A stretch of DNA of 64,000 nt from the human T2T-CHM13v2.0 reference genome, Homo sapiens. Positions 52,410 through 64,000 of this stretch are shown in pieces; position 1 is the stretch's first letter; each line of letters begins with the position of its first letter. Under the pieces are notes generated by a model, which worked only from the letters and a program-made list of their open reading frames with translations, searched no databases and was not told the DNA's origin. The stretch lies in assembly GCF_009914755.1 (NCBI RefSeq), contig NC_060930.1; one strand, 5' to 3'. Both the position numbers and the translations under genes were made by a program.

Positions 52410-53350
52410 ATACAGATAATGGCAGCCTCTAAAATGGCCCCTGGTCCTCCTGCCCTAGTGTAATCCCCTCCCCTGAAGTGTGGGCTGAATTTATTGACTG
52501 CTCGTAATGAATAAAATACATAAGAAGTAATGGAACGTTACTTCTACTATTAGATTATAAAATGACTAACTTCCAACTTGCGTGTTCTCTCTTTCTCACT
52601 CTCAGGCTTTCTGTCTCTTGGATCACCAGCTGTCCTGTGGTGACGACTTTCAGAGGGCCTCTGAAGAGGCCCACATGGTGAGGAACTAAGGCCTACTAGC
52701 AACCACATGTGTGAGCTTCGAAGCAGATCTGAGGCCTGCCAAAAGCCATATGAATAAACGTGGAAGCAAATCCCTCTACCCACCCACCCCCATGAAACCA
52801 TCAGAGGATACCACAGCTACATTCAATAACTTAACCACAGTCTCAAAAGAGACCTTAAGCCAGAGGTATCGATTTATGTTGTCACCAGATTCTTGATGCA
52901 CAGAAAATGTAACATAATAAATGTTCATTGCTTTCACTTTCTATGTATAGGAATGTCTTAGTCTATTTTGCTGCTATAACAAAATACCTGAGATTGAATC
53001 ATTTATAAAGAGCAGAAATTTATTTCTTATAGTTCTGGAAGCTGAGAAGTTCAAGATCAAGATGGCAGCAGTCTGTCTCTGGTGAGGGCCTTCTTGCTGA
53101 TTACTTAATATGGCAGAAAGGACACATTATTTCCTCATGCAGCAGGAAAAAGAAGGGCAAAAAGGGTCTAACTTAGTTCTCTCCGGCCCTTTTGTAAGAC
53201 ACTGATCCGTTCATAAGATCATGACTTCTCCCAAGGCTACATCTCTTTATACCACCACAATGGAGATTAAGTTTTCAACATGAATTTTGGAGGCAATAGA
53301 CACATTCAAACCACAGCAGGGAGTAATTTGTTATACAGCATTAGTAGTTT
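52410..53350 (+). mobile_element. MLT1 (E/F-like) LTR interrupted by an MST LTR
   Basis: cagcctctaaaatggcccc...taatcccctcccctgaagtgtgggctg...gaggaactaaggcct...aataaatgttcattgcttt, resuming after the insert as gtaatttgttatacagcattag. Confidence 0.82.
52954..53318 (-). mobile_element. MST solo LTR nested in MLT1
   Basis: tgtcttagtctattttgctgctataacaaaatacctgaga...catgaattttggagg...cattcaaaccacagca. Confidence 0.88.
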
Positions 53351-54677
53351 CTTTACCTAAAATATCCTTTAATTTAGAAAAATGACTAATATTAATATCT
53401 CAATATGTATAATGAAATGTTAAACAATATCACCTGATAATCCACTGTCCACAGAATATGAACCTGTCATAAATCAATCTTACAGATATTAACATTTTTA
53501 TACTCATCAAAGAAAATAAATACAAAAACCTGTTTTATGATTTTATTTAACATGAGCTAAGAAACAAGTTACTTAGAAAAGATAACTTAATGAGCATGCC
53601 ATTAATACACCCCTTGAGAAAATCTGATTTTAGGGATAAAGTATAATATAAGTCATATTAGTTTAGTACATCTATAACACTGATGCTGAGAACATTGTTC
53701 ATCTCTACATAAACTCCTATATGAGCATCACATGAATTTTTCTTTTAAAATTTAGTACCTGAGAAATGTGTTTCTTTTGTAATTTTATCATTCATTTACA
53801 CATTCATTGAATACATACTTTATTGCCTTACCATAAGCTAGGCATTTAAGATGGTACCAGGAATACATTTATTAGAAGTAAAATATCTCTGCTTTCATGG
53901 AAGTAACTTTATTATTCTAAGGAAGAAGCAAACATTAAACAACTGACTACATATAAAAAGACGATAAAGTAGGAGTTTTATCCAATACCTTAAAATGGCA
54001 GATTCAGAAATCAAGGAGAGGTGCTAGACAAAAGTATTTTCAAAGGACGTTTATATAAAACCCAGCTAAACAACCAGTAAGTTCCTCACTTCCAGAGCAG
54101 AAAGGGGTCAGAAGTAGAAAACCGGTGGGTTGTGAATTCCTCTTCTTTTTCAGGGGAAAGAGCTGAGGATGGGGATCTGCCTCTAACTTCAAACTTAATT
54201 ACAGAAGCTTCAAGGAGTCTCCTCAGAGAACTTGATATGTGCACCTTAAAGTTGGAAGTTGCCGTGCCTCACATCTGGGAAGTGTTAAGACAAGAAACAA
54301 CGGGCGAATGGCTCTGATGGTGAAGCAAAAGCGGGGAGCTGAGTTGGAATGAGCCTGTATTCCCAGAATTCAATAAAGCAAAACAAACTTAAAGGTTTCT
54401 ATGGACCAGATGCGGGCCACAGGTAGGGGTGACTCAGTATGTTGAGTTTTATTAGGGCCCATCCCATGAAGGCTACCTAAAGAATGAACTGGTTACAGTA
54501 GAGAGAAGTTAAAAGCCACCCTGGATTCCTAGAGACTACAAAAAAAAAAAAAAAAAAAAAAGAACCATAGGTCAAAACATCACTTACATCAAGAAATAGT
54601 CAGTGAGAAAGCTATCCTACTGGAGGGCAGCGGTGGGTCATAAGAATCCACATAAGCAACTTTTCATAAATCCGCCA

Positions 54678-55447
54678 GCCATTTCTATGCTTTCTTTGGA
54701 AAAATGTCTATTCAGGTCCTTTGACCATTTTTTAATTATTTTTGATTTTTTTGCCATTAAATTATGCAAGTTCCTCATATATTTTCTATAGTAACCCTTT
54801 ATCAGATATATAGTTTGCAATTATTTTCTCTTATTCCACAGGTTGCCTTTTCATTTAACTGATTGTTCCTTTGCTGTGCAAAAGCTTTTCAGTTTCATGT
54901 AGGTATCTCTTAACTTAATTTTACTTTTGTTGCCTGTGCTTTTGATGTAATATTAAAAAAAAAAATTGCCAAGATCAATGTCAAGGGGCTTTTCCCCTAG
55001 GTTTTCTTCTAAAACTTTTATAATTTCAGGTCTTATGTTTTTCTTTAATCTATGTTGAGTTAACTTTTGAATATGGTGTAAGACAAAGGTACAAAAGTAT
55101 GAGATACTGTTTTCCTAACACCATTTATTGAAGAGATTTTCCTTTCTCATTGTGTATTTGTAATGCTCTTGTCAAAGATTCGTTGACCATATATGCATGG
55201 AGTTTTTTTCTATACTCTATTCTGTCCCCCCTTGGTCTATGTGTCTGTTTTAGTGACAATACTATACTGTTTTGATTAATACAGCTTTGAAATATTGTTT
55301 GAAATAAGGGAGCATGATGCATCCAACTTTGTTTCTTTCTCAAGATTGCTTTGGATATTTGAGGTCTTTGTGGTTCTATACAAATTTTATGGGTTTTTTT
55401 CTACTTCTGTGAAAATGCCATTGAAATTTTGATAGGGATTGTATTGA
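54678..55447 (-). mobile_element. L1MA-type LINE-1, inverted 5' segment
   Basis: ORF 54638..54820(-) contains IKKWSKDLNRHFSKE..MA (L1 ORF2); antisense L1 phrases throughout. Confidence 0.9.
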
Positions 55448-56297
55448 CATACAAATGGCCAACAAGTATATCAAAATGTGTCCAACATCATTAATCATCA
55501 GAGAAATGCAGGTCAAAGACAAAACAAGCTTTCACTTCGTACCTGTTAGGATGGCTATTATCAAAAAGATAGGCAGTAAGTGTTGGTGAGGATATAGAGG
55601 AAAAGGAACCCTTGTACACTGTTGGTGGGGTTGTAAATAGAGACAGCCATATGGTAAACAGTATAGAGATTCCTCAAAAAATTAAAATAGAACTATCATA
55701 TAACCCAGCAATCCTATTTCTCAGGCTATATCCAAAGAAAATAAAATAGTATCTCAAAGACATATTTGCACCCCCCTGTTGAGTGTGCATTACTCATAAT
55801 GACCAAGATATGAAAACAACCTGTGCCCATCAGTGGATGAATGGATAAAGAAAATGATATATGTGTGTGGAATATTACTCAGTCAAAAAAGAAAGAAATC
55901 TTGCTATGTGACAACATGGATAAACTTAGAGGACATTATTCTGAGTGAACTAAACCAGATACAGAAAGACAAATATTATATAATCTCATTCATATGTGGA
56001 GTCTAAAAATGTTGCACTCACAGAAACAGAGTAGAATAGTGGTTTCCAGGGGCTCGGGGATGGGGGAAAGGGAAAGATATTGCTCAAAGAGTAAAAACTT
56101 TCAGTTATAAGATGACAAGTTCTGGGTATCTAATGTATAGCATGAGTAATGATGAATGTATTAATTAATTTGATTGTGATAATCATTACAATACAATACA
56201 TATATGTATATACATATATATACACTGAATCATCACATTCTATACATTGAACATATACAATTTTTATTTGTTAGTTAAATATTTTTAAAATAAAAAA
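55446..56297 (+). mobile_element. L1MA-type LINE-1, forward 3' segment with A-rich tail
   Basis: gacatacaaatggccaac...ggaacccttgtacactgttggtggg...gtggatgaatggataaagaaaatg...cagaaagacaaatatt. Confidence 0.93.
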
Positions 56298-56416
56298 TAA
56301 TTCACATAAGTACTTTACAAAAGAAAGGGGTCAATGTTGAATACCTGCAGGCCCAGAGAATATAAAACAAGCACGGGAAATTTTGCAAATAAGAAATAAT
56401 CTGTTCCTTTCATCTT

Positions 56417-56879
56417 TCTGTTTTAGTTTCCTATGGCTTCCATAACAAATTACCACAAACTCGGTGGTTTATAACAACAGAAGTGTATTATCTCACAGTT
56501 AAGGGGACTAGAAGTCCAAAATCAAGGTGTAAACAAGGTGTGAACAAGGTGTGAACAAGGCGTGCTCTCTCTGAGGGCTCCAGGGGAGGGCTCCTCCTTT
56601 GCCTCTATTAGCTGCTGGTGGCTGGCTGGAATCTTTGGTGTTCCTTGATTTACAGATGCATCACTGTAATCTCTGCCTCCCTCTTCACATGACCTTCCCT
56701 ATGTGTCTGTCTCTCCTCTTCTTACAAGGACACCAGTTATACTGGAGTTAGGACTCACCCTACTTCAGTATGACCTCATCCTAATTAATAACATCTGCAA
56801 ATAGCCTATTCCCTAATGAGAATGATGTTGTGGTTTTGTGTGGACATGCATTTTTGAGGACTCTATTCAACTCAGTACA
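56417..56879 (-). mobile_element. MLT1 (A/C-like) solo LTR
   Basis: ttagtttcctatggcttccataacaaattaccacaaact...cttacaaggacaccagttat...gtatgacctcatcctaattaataacatctgcaaa...ctattcaactcagtaca. Confidence 0.88.
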
Positions 56880-56959
56880 GTTCCCTACCTGCCCATGGTT
56901 TAAATTCCCAAAGTGCTCAGAAAAGGAAGCAAGTGGTAGAGGAGGTGAGCAGTTAGCGA

Positions 56960-56990
<31 letters not shown>

Positions 56991-57344
56991 TTAAAAACTT
57001 ACCATTTCACCTTCAGCCCCCACTCTTACCTCTTTCCAGCTAGATTATACATCTTCATTTTATGGCAGCCTCCACCTTTCAGTCACATTCACATTTAAGT
57101 TCCTCAAACTTGCCACAATCTCCCTTGCTATGAGGCTTTTACACTGCTGTTCCTTCCATCTGGAATACTCTTCTCTGTAACACCTACTTGCCTAAATTAT
57201 GCCTATTCCTTCAGCATTCAAAAGAAATATCACTTCTTCAGGACCCAAAGTCTAGTCATCAGTGTCTTACCAGATCATGGCAAAGCTTTCATGACCAAAT
57301 AAACCAAAAAATAAGTTATGGCAATAATGATACAATAAGGATAA

Positions 57345-57440
57345 ATATATATATACACATACATATATATACACACACACACATATTTTACTGTATTATA
57401 ATATCATATGTGTATGCATATATATATATGAGTATATAAA
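57345..57440 (+). repeat. (TA)/(CA) low-complexity repeat
   Basis: Directly visible. Confidence 0.8.
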
Positions 57441-57946
57441 TTTAAACTCAGGTATTAACATAATTGCAAAATGTGCTGTTTTGGAAAATCCATTTTTTAA
57501 ATTCTTATATTTTGTCTTTCTTGCTTTTTTTCATAGAGCAGATGGAAGTTCTTTTTTATTGCCCTTAATTGTCAAAAATAAATTTAAAAATTCCAAAGGT
57601 GGCAATTTTATGCATCAAAATTTGAAATTGTATTTGGGAATCACAGAGACTCTAATAATAAGACTTTCACATGGGCCACTAGAGGAGGAAAAACTTGAAA
57701 AAAATACCCACCAACTAAAAAAAAAGGATTCTCCTTTCACTAACTAAAAGTGCCTGTTATCCTGTGGTTTTGACTCAGTTACTCTCAGAGCTTCTAAACC
57801 TGTTTTTTTTTTTCCTATATTTCCTTGGATCTCTACACCATATTTCTCAAACATTCATTCACTATAGCCTTAACCTACTACAGTCCAAATGGTCACTTAA
57901 TTCGGTGTTGCTCTTCATAAGATCTCCACATTTCTCATCTCCTTAA

Positions 57947-58419
<473 letters not shown>

Positions 58420-58789
58420 CTGGGAAGTTTTAATAAACCTAAAATTAATTCCCTTTCAACCTCAAAATGATTCTGTATCTATTTTCTTTTTCTCTTCTAT
58501 GTCATGCAAAGAGGTGCCTCCCGAATCGTCACAATGTCCCTCTGTGGTTGCAACGCCATACCATACTGCCTTGCCAAAGTTTATCCTTCACCAGTCATTC
58601 CTTTTTCAATATTTTCTACCATCCCACCTTTATCAGTCATTTGCTCCTTCTTTTCCAATATTTCAATATAATGCAAACTTTTGTGTTCACCTGTCAGTCC
58701 ATCAAGTTATCATGTAATTTCTCACCTGTCCAAAATTCCACCATTTTATCACTACGTATTTGGTTATCTACTAGTATTAAGTTATTGTC

Positions 58790-59420
58790 CCCACAACTTA
58801 GCTGAAACTATTTCCTTACATGTCAACTCTCATCTCCTAGTTATAATATAAAATGGATGTTCTCTATCCTTAACTTTTCTTGTGTATCCCAACCACAGTT
58901 TTAAAAAATGTTTTGTAGAGAAAGAGTATCACTGTGTTGTCCAGGTTGGTCTCAAACTCCTAGTCTCAAGCAATCCTCCTACCTCATCTTCCCAAAGCAC
59001 TGGGATTACAGGCATGAGCCACCACACCCCACCCTCAATAGCACTTGATACTGTAGTTATAATATTTAACAATGTTGACCCATTATTCACTGTGAAATTT
59101 TTTCTTCTCTTGAGTTATGTGGCACTGATTCTCCTTATTTCCTTTGTATATTTAGAAAAGCCTTTGATGTGTCTTTTTTATTAATTCTTTATCCTCCTAT
59201 GCTTAGATAGATACATACATACTTTTCATAACTTCAGCTAATACTGTGTTGAAGATTATTAGCAAACCAGCATCTCTAGTCCTGACTTATTTCTGAACTT
59301 CAAGTCCCACATTTCTAGTTGCTCACTGGGTATTCAAAACTAAATAAACCAATGGCACCTTAGACTCAATATGAACAAAATAGAATTTATTGGTCCCTCT
59401 TTAAAACCTGAGTCCCCTAT
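58790..59420 (+). mobile_element. L2 fragment interrupted by a FLAM
   Basis: ctcaatagcacttgatac...gttgaccca...catctctagtcctgacttatttctgaacttcaag...caccttagactcaatatgaacaaaatagaattt. Confidence 0.6.
58908..59033 (-). mobile_element. FLAM / Alu left-arm monomer
   Basis: tgtagagaaagagtatcactgtgttgtccaggttggtctcaaactcctagtctcaagcaatcctcc...gggattacaggcatgagccaccacacc. Confidence 0.88.
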
Positions 59421-60030
59421 ATTCCATAATGCATATCCCCTACATTATAGTCAATGTCAATTAAGCATTTTCTATGCTTCTGGTACTACGCTGTGTCTTG
59501 TCAATGCCAATATAAAAGATATAGTTTTTATCCTCAGGTCTAATGGAGAAGACAGAAATATAGAATTTAGTGTATTTTAATAGAGCTAAACCCAGATTTC
59601 CGCAGGTGTTTATCCCAGACTTACGACAATACAAAACAAATTTCTGAAAGGATGCTATCTAAGCTAAGTCCTGAACAAACGTAAATCACTAGCAGAGTTC
59701 TTGTTTGTTTTTTCTTTGTGTGCTTGCCAGCTATTATTTAACAACAGTATTCAACCTTGCATGTGTATCACAGTGATCTCCAGAACTGTTTTTCAAAGAT
59801 GAAGTGTCTGACCTCACCTGAAAATCCTGTTTTGGCAGGGTTAGGTTATGAGCAAAACCATTTTATCATTCCAAAGCTCCTCACTTTAAACTTTGGCACT
59901 GATTTAGGATATCATTGATTTGTCCCCTAATGGAAAGAACTAAAATCAACTACAGAGAAAGATTTATTTTAAACATAGGAAAGCACTCCTTAGTCATTAA
60001 AAACTTGGGAAAGTACATGGCTGTTCTCAT

Positions 60031-60419
60031 AGTCTTAGTCCATTTGTGCTGCTATGACAAAATACTTGAAGCTGAGTAATTGACAAATAATAGAGATTTA
60101 TTTCTCACAGTTCTGGAGGATGAAAGTCCAAGATCAAGGTGCTGGCAGTTTCTGTCTGGTGAGGGCTACTTTCAGTTTCCAAGAATAACATCTTATTGCA
60201 TTCTCGGACAGGGATGAATACTGCGTCCTCACATGGTGAAAGGGATAGAAAGGATAAATTTGCCCTCTCAGGTCCTTTTAGAGGGCACTAATTCATTTAT
60301 GAGGGCAAGGCCCTCATTACCTAATTATCACCTAAAGGCCCTACCTTTTAATATTGTAGCATTGGGGGTTATGTTTCAATAAAAATTTTGGAGGGAACAC
60401 AAACATTCAAACCATAGCA
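60031..60419 (-). mobile_element. MST solo LTR
   Basis: gtcttagtccatttgtgctgctatgacaaaatac...tttatttctcacagttctggagg...aagtccaagatcaaggtgctggc...aacattcaaaccatagca. Confidence 0.88.
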
Positions 60420-60519
60420 CATAAGTTCACTTCTGTCATGAAGTCTTTCAAGACCTTTCCCTCAATTCCAGAGACACCATCTGTGATACATCTCTATCAA
60501 TGTCCTATCAATAAACTTA

Positions 60520-62690
60520 TCTCTTGTGTCTGCCTCTTCCAACAGATAATGAGTTCCTTGAGAGCAAGGATTTTGGCTTTTTCATCTTTGGGATTCAGAA
60601 CTAAACAATACTAGGCACATTGTTAGATGTTCTGTAATGTTTATGGATGAACTAATGAATAAGAATTACTCAAGTGAATATTGGCTAACAAATATGCTAA
60701 GAAAATGTAAGAGCAAATATAGAGGTCAGAAAAACCATGCTTATTCAAAGGTAGAATGCAAGGATGCTTGTAGCCAGAGATGAGGCTGGAGAGGCAAGCA
60801 TGAATCTGATTGTAAAGAGCTTTGGATCCAGTGCTATAGTTTTTGGACTTTATCCTAAAAGTTATAAGGAACTTCTGAAAAACGTTTAGAAGTATACTGT
60901 AATTGAACAAATTTAAGTCATATTTTTAAGCTGTGCATTCAGGTGAGCAAAATTTTAACATACTTTTTCTAAAATGCACTTCAACCTCAATTTTGAATCT
61001 CCATTATAATTCTTTAGCCAATTCTATGGAAAAACAGTTATTTCAAATTCAAATGCTTTCTATGCAAGATTTTCTGTCCTTCTACTCCTGTTTCTCTTCA
61101 GGGGGTAATTCATGAAAGAAAGACATCTGGTCTCTGGCCATTGGCAACTGTCCATGCTGTCATCTACTGAAATGCAGAGTCAAGCAGAGCTCTTGGGATT
61201 CTAATTGGGTCAACTGGATAAATGTTATTACAGTTCACTAAGAAAAAAGATAGAAGAGTAAGACTTAGTCTGAGGAGGGGTCGGGACAGAGAATGTTATC
61301 TTTGCAGGGCTTCGATTACAGTCAGGAGATTAACTCAAGTAGGCAGATGGACATCTGGGATCTAGAGCTCAGGAGGAAAAGGTGAAATAGAAATGATGAT
61401 TTTGGGATTCATCAACAAAATGTCTGGTAAAGACAGATACTCAATAAATATTTGTTTAAAAAACATTGGAAATTAAGGTTGAAACTATGGGAATGCATGT
61501 GTAGAATTATAAGATGTAAAGGCTGAAAATAGAAAGTTAGGAAACTCCAACATATATGAAATGGGTTAAGGAAGCATTGTTCTTTAAATAACCAAATATG
61601 TAGGAAAAGAAACTAAGAGATAATGGTGTCACAGAAACCAAGATAGGAGAGAGTTGAAAATGATTAATTAATTACCATTATCAAATAGTTAGTGAAGTAA
61701 AGATAAGGAATAGAAATCTAGCCTATTAAGCCACAAAGAGATCATCATCAAAGACCTTTGCCTAAAAAGTTTTGGTGGAGGGGTGTAGATGGAAGCCAGA
61801 TTTCAAAGGGTATGGAAAGCAAAATAATGAAAATAATGAAAATAATAAAGAAATATTTTATAAAAAATTAGAAGAGTAAAAGGAAAGGGAGAGATAGGTT
61901 TGCTACTAAAGACAAAATTAGAGTGAAATTCTGAATAGTTGGTTGCATTTAAAATTGAAAAACATAACTTTTTCACTAGTCGGTTTGTTAGTCTCAAACA
62001 GATATTTGGTTATACTCTTCTCTTCAATACATAACCTATATCAACATCAGTTGCTAAATGCTTTGAATTTTTTCCCTGTAGACGTTTACATTTCTTTCAT
62101 TCTTCTATTATGACTCCCATGAAGTATAACGTCTTTTGATTCTTCCTTAAGTCACCTTGCACAACACTCTTAATTACTAAAGTACTGCTTGGATCATGTC
62201 ACACATCTTCATTGTTTTTGGTACTTTCCTATTTCCTATCAGATAAACTAAACACTACTCTTATTTATGGAGAGAAAACAAAAAAGAATCTCAAATTGTT
62301 GCTCAGCTCAACAGCCATAAACCTCATTTTTAGAAGACTCTACCATTGTTCATGCCATTTCTTATGCCTAGAGATAATGCCCTCTTCACTTTTTCCACTA
62401 TCCAAATTCCACTTATCATCTAAGACTCACTCTGGAAGTCATCTCAACAATGATATTTGCTTTAATCTCCTCGGGTGACAGAGATCCCTCTTTCCTGGTC
62501 AATGTGACAGTCCTGAATTTTTAGAGCTCCATCACCCTCTTATGCTGTTTGTGTTAAAGTTACTGGTGTCTTTAAATCTTCTGTGAGACAGTAAACAACT
62601 TGAAGATAGAGAATATGTCTTGTGTATCTTTTAGCCATCACAAAACTTTACATAGTAGATGTTCAACAACACCAGTAAAGATATGAATCT
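60520..62690. mobile_element. Mosaic of L2 fragments in both orientations
   Basis: gagttccttgagagcaaggattttggc...taggcacattgttagatg; gagatgaggctggagaggcaagc...gactttatcctaaa; atggtgtcacagaaaccaaga; gacagtaaacaacttgaagatagagaatatgtctt. Confidence 0.65.
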
Positions 62691-62857
62691 GTTTGTTAGT
62701 AATGTTAGTGCAAGAAAGGTCAAAAAAAAAAAAAAGGAGGTGCAAAAGAGTGAGACAGAATTATTTTACTGTCTATTCAGTAAACTGAGACATTCATAGA
62801 TCATATATTAAGACTTCTTAATCAGGGTTATAAAAATCCATTTAAAAATGAATTCAT

Positions 62858-63196
<339 letters not shown>

Positions 63197-63873
63197 TTAA
63201 AAATACTATGAAGCTATGCACCTTGAAAGAATTCTTTACCTTCTGGCCAGTGCTAGAGAGGTAACGGGTCCTGCGTGCTTATTATCCTGAAGGGGTCTAG
63301 TAGTGAATGAAGTTAAGAATAATGGTCCCATGGAAAGCTTTTGAACTAAGAAATAATTCCCGTTTGAATTAACAAGTAAGTCTGGAGCTTGTTTTCTATT
63401 CAAAACAGTTTGTTGTTATATAGTAAGAGATAGGAAAAAGGTAAGCCACAGGACCTCCTCAAGAATCTTGAAGTCTAACAGGAGAGGCAGAAAAATTGAT
63501 GATAGCCTGAGATTATCACCCAGCCTCAAAGATCCAGCCCTAAGCTGAACATGTCCAGGGAAGCCAGCAGAAATCACTCATGGCCCCACTGCCGTTATGG
63601 ACTGACTGTTGTCTCAGAGAGCCATCTCTGCAGCGCCTCTGCCTCTACAGACCAGAGCTGGAAATCTTCTCTGGGATAACTCCAAGGTCTTCAGCTCTGG
63701 CTCCTCAGCCTGTGGAGCTTGAGTCTCCCAAGCATGATGGCTATGGCCTAGTGCGCAGGAAGAGCCAGGTCATCTCCTCCTCCTCCTCCTTCTCCTCCAC
63801 CCTGCCAGCATTTATGCTGTCTCCACCCCTTACACCCTGCACTAATGCTCTTCAGCTCAGATTTACCACAAAT

Positions 63874-64000
63874 CAGAGCTGTTCAGTAGAAATAATAATT
63901 CCACTCATCAGAGCCACAAATGTAATTTTAAATTTTCTGGTAGCCACATTTTTTTAATGTACAATGAAACCAGTAAAACTAATTTTCATTTTAGTAATAT
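63874..64000 (+). mobile_element. MER3-like hAT-Charlie MITE (runs off window)
   Basis: cagagctgttcagtagaa...gagccacaaatgtaattttaaattttctggtagccacatt. Confidence 0.75.

Overview
AT-rich, CpG-depleted primate (very probably human) genomic DNA containing the 5' end of BMP5 on the minus strand. The only supportable protein-coding sequence is the exon 1 CDS (38479..37990, 490 nt, signal peptide plus N-terminal prodomain, phase-1 GT donor). It is preceded by a long (~725 nt) 5' UTR with seven upstream ATGs and a promoter without a CpG island. Positions 1-37989 are intron 1 and positions ~39205-64000 are upstream flank. The rest is ordinary interspersed repeats (Alu/FAM/FLAM, L1, L2, MIR, MaLR/ERVL LTRs, hAT and Tigger fossils) and microsatellites, with a ~11 kb repeat-poor zone around the promoter. 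I see no convincing new biological system. The best leads are the uORF/hairpin/cryptic-splice architecture of the leader, an exon-1 read-through frame that would encode a membrane-anchored prodomain fragment, and a helically phased T-box-site array inside an upstream LTR. Repeat subfamily names are from visual recognition and their boundaries are approximate.
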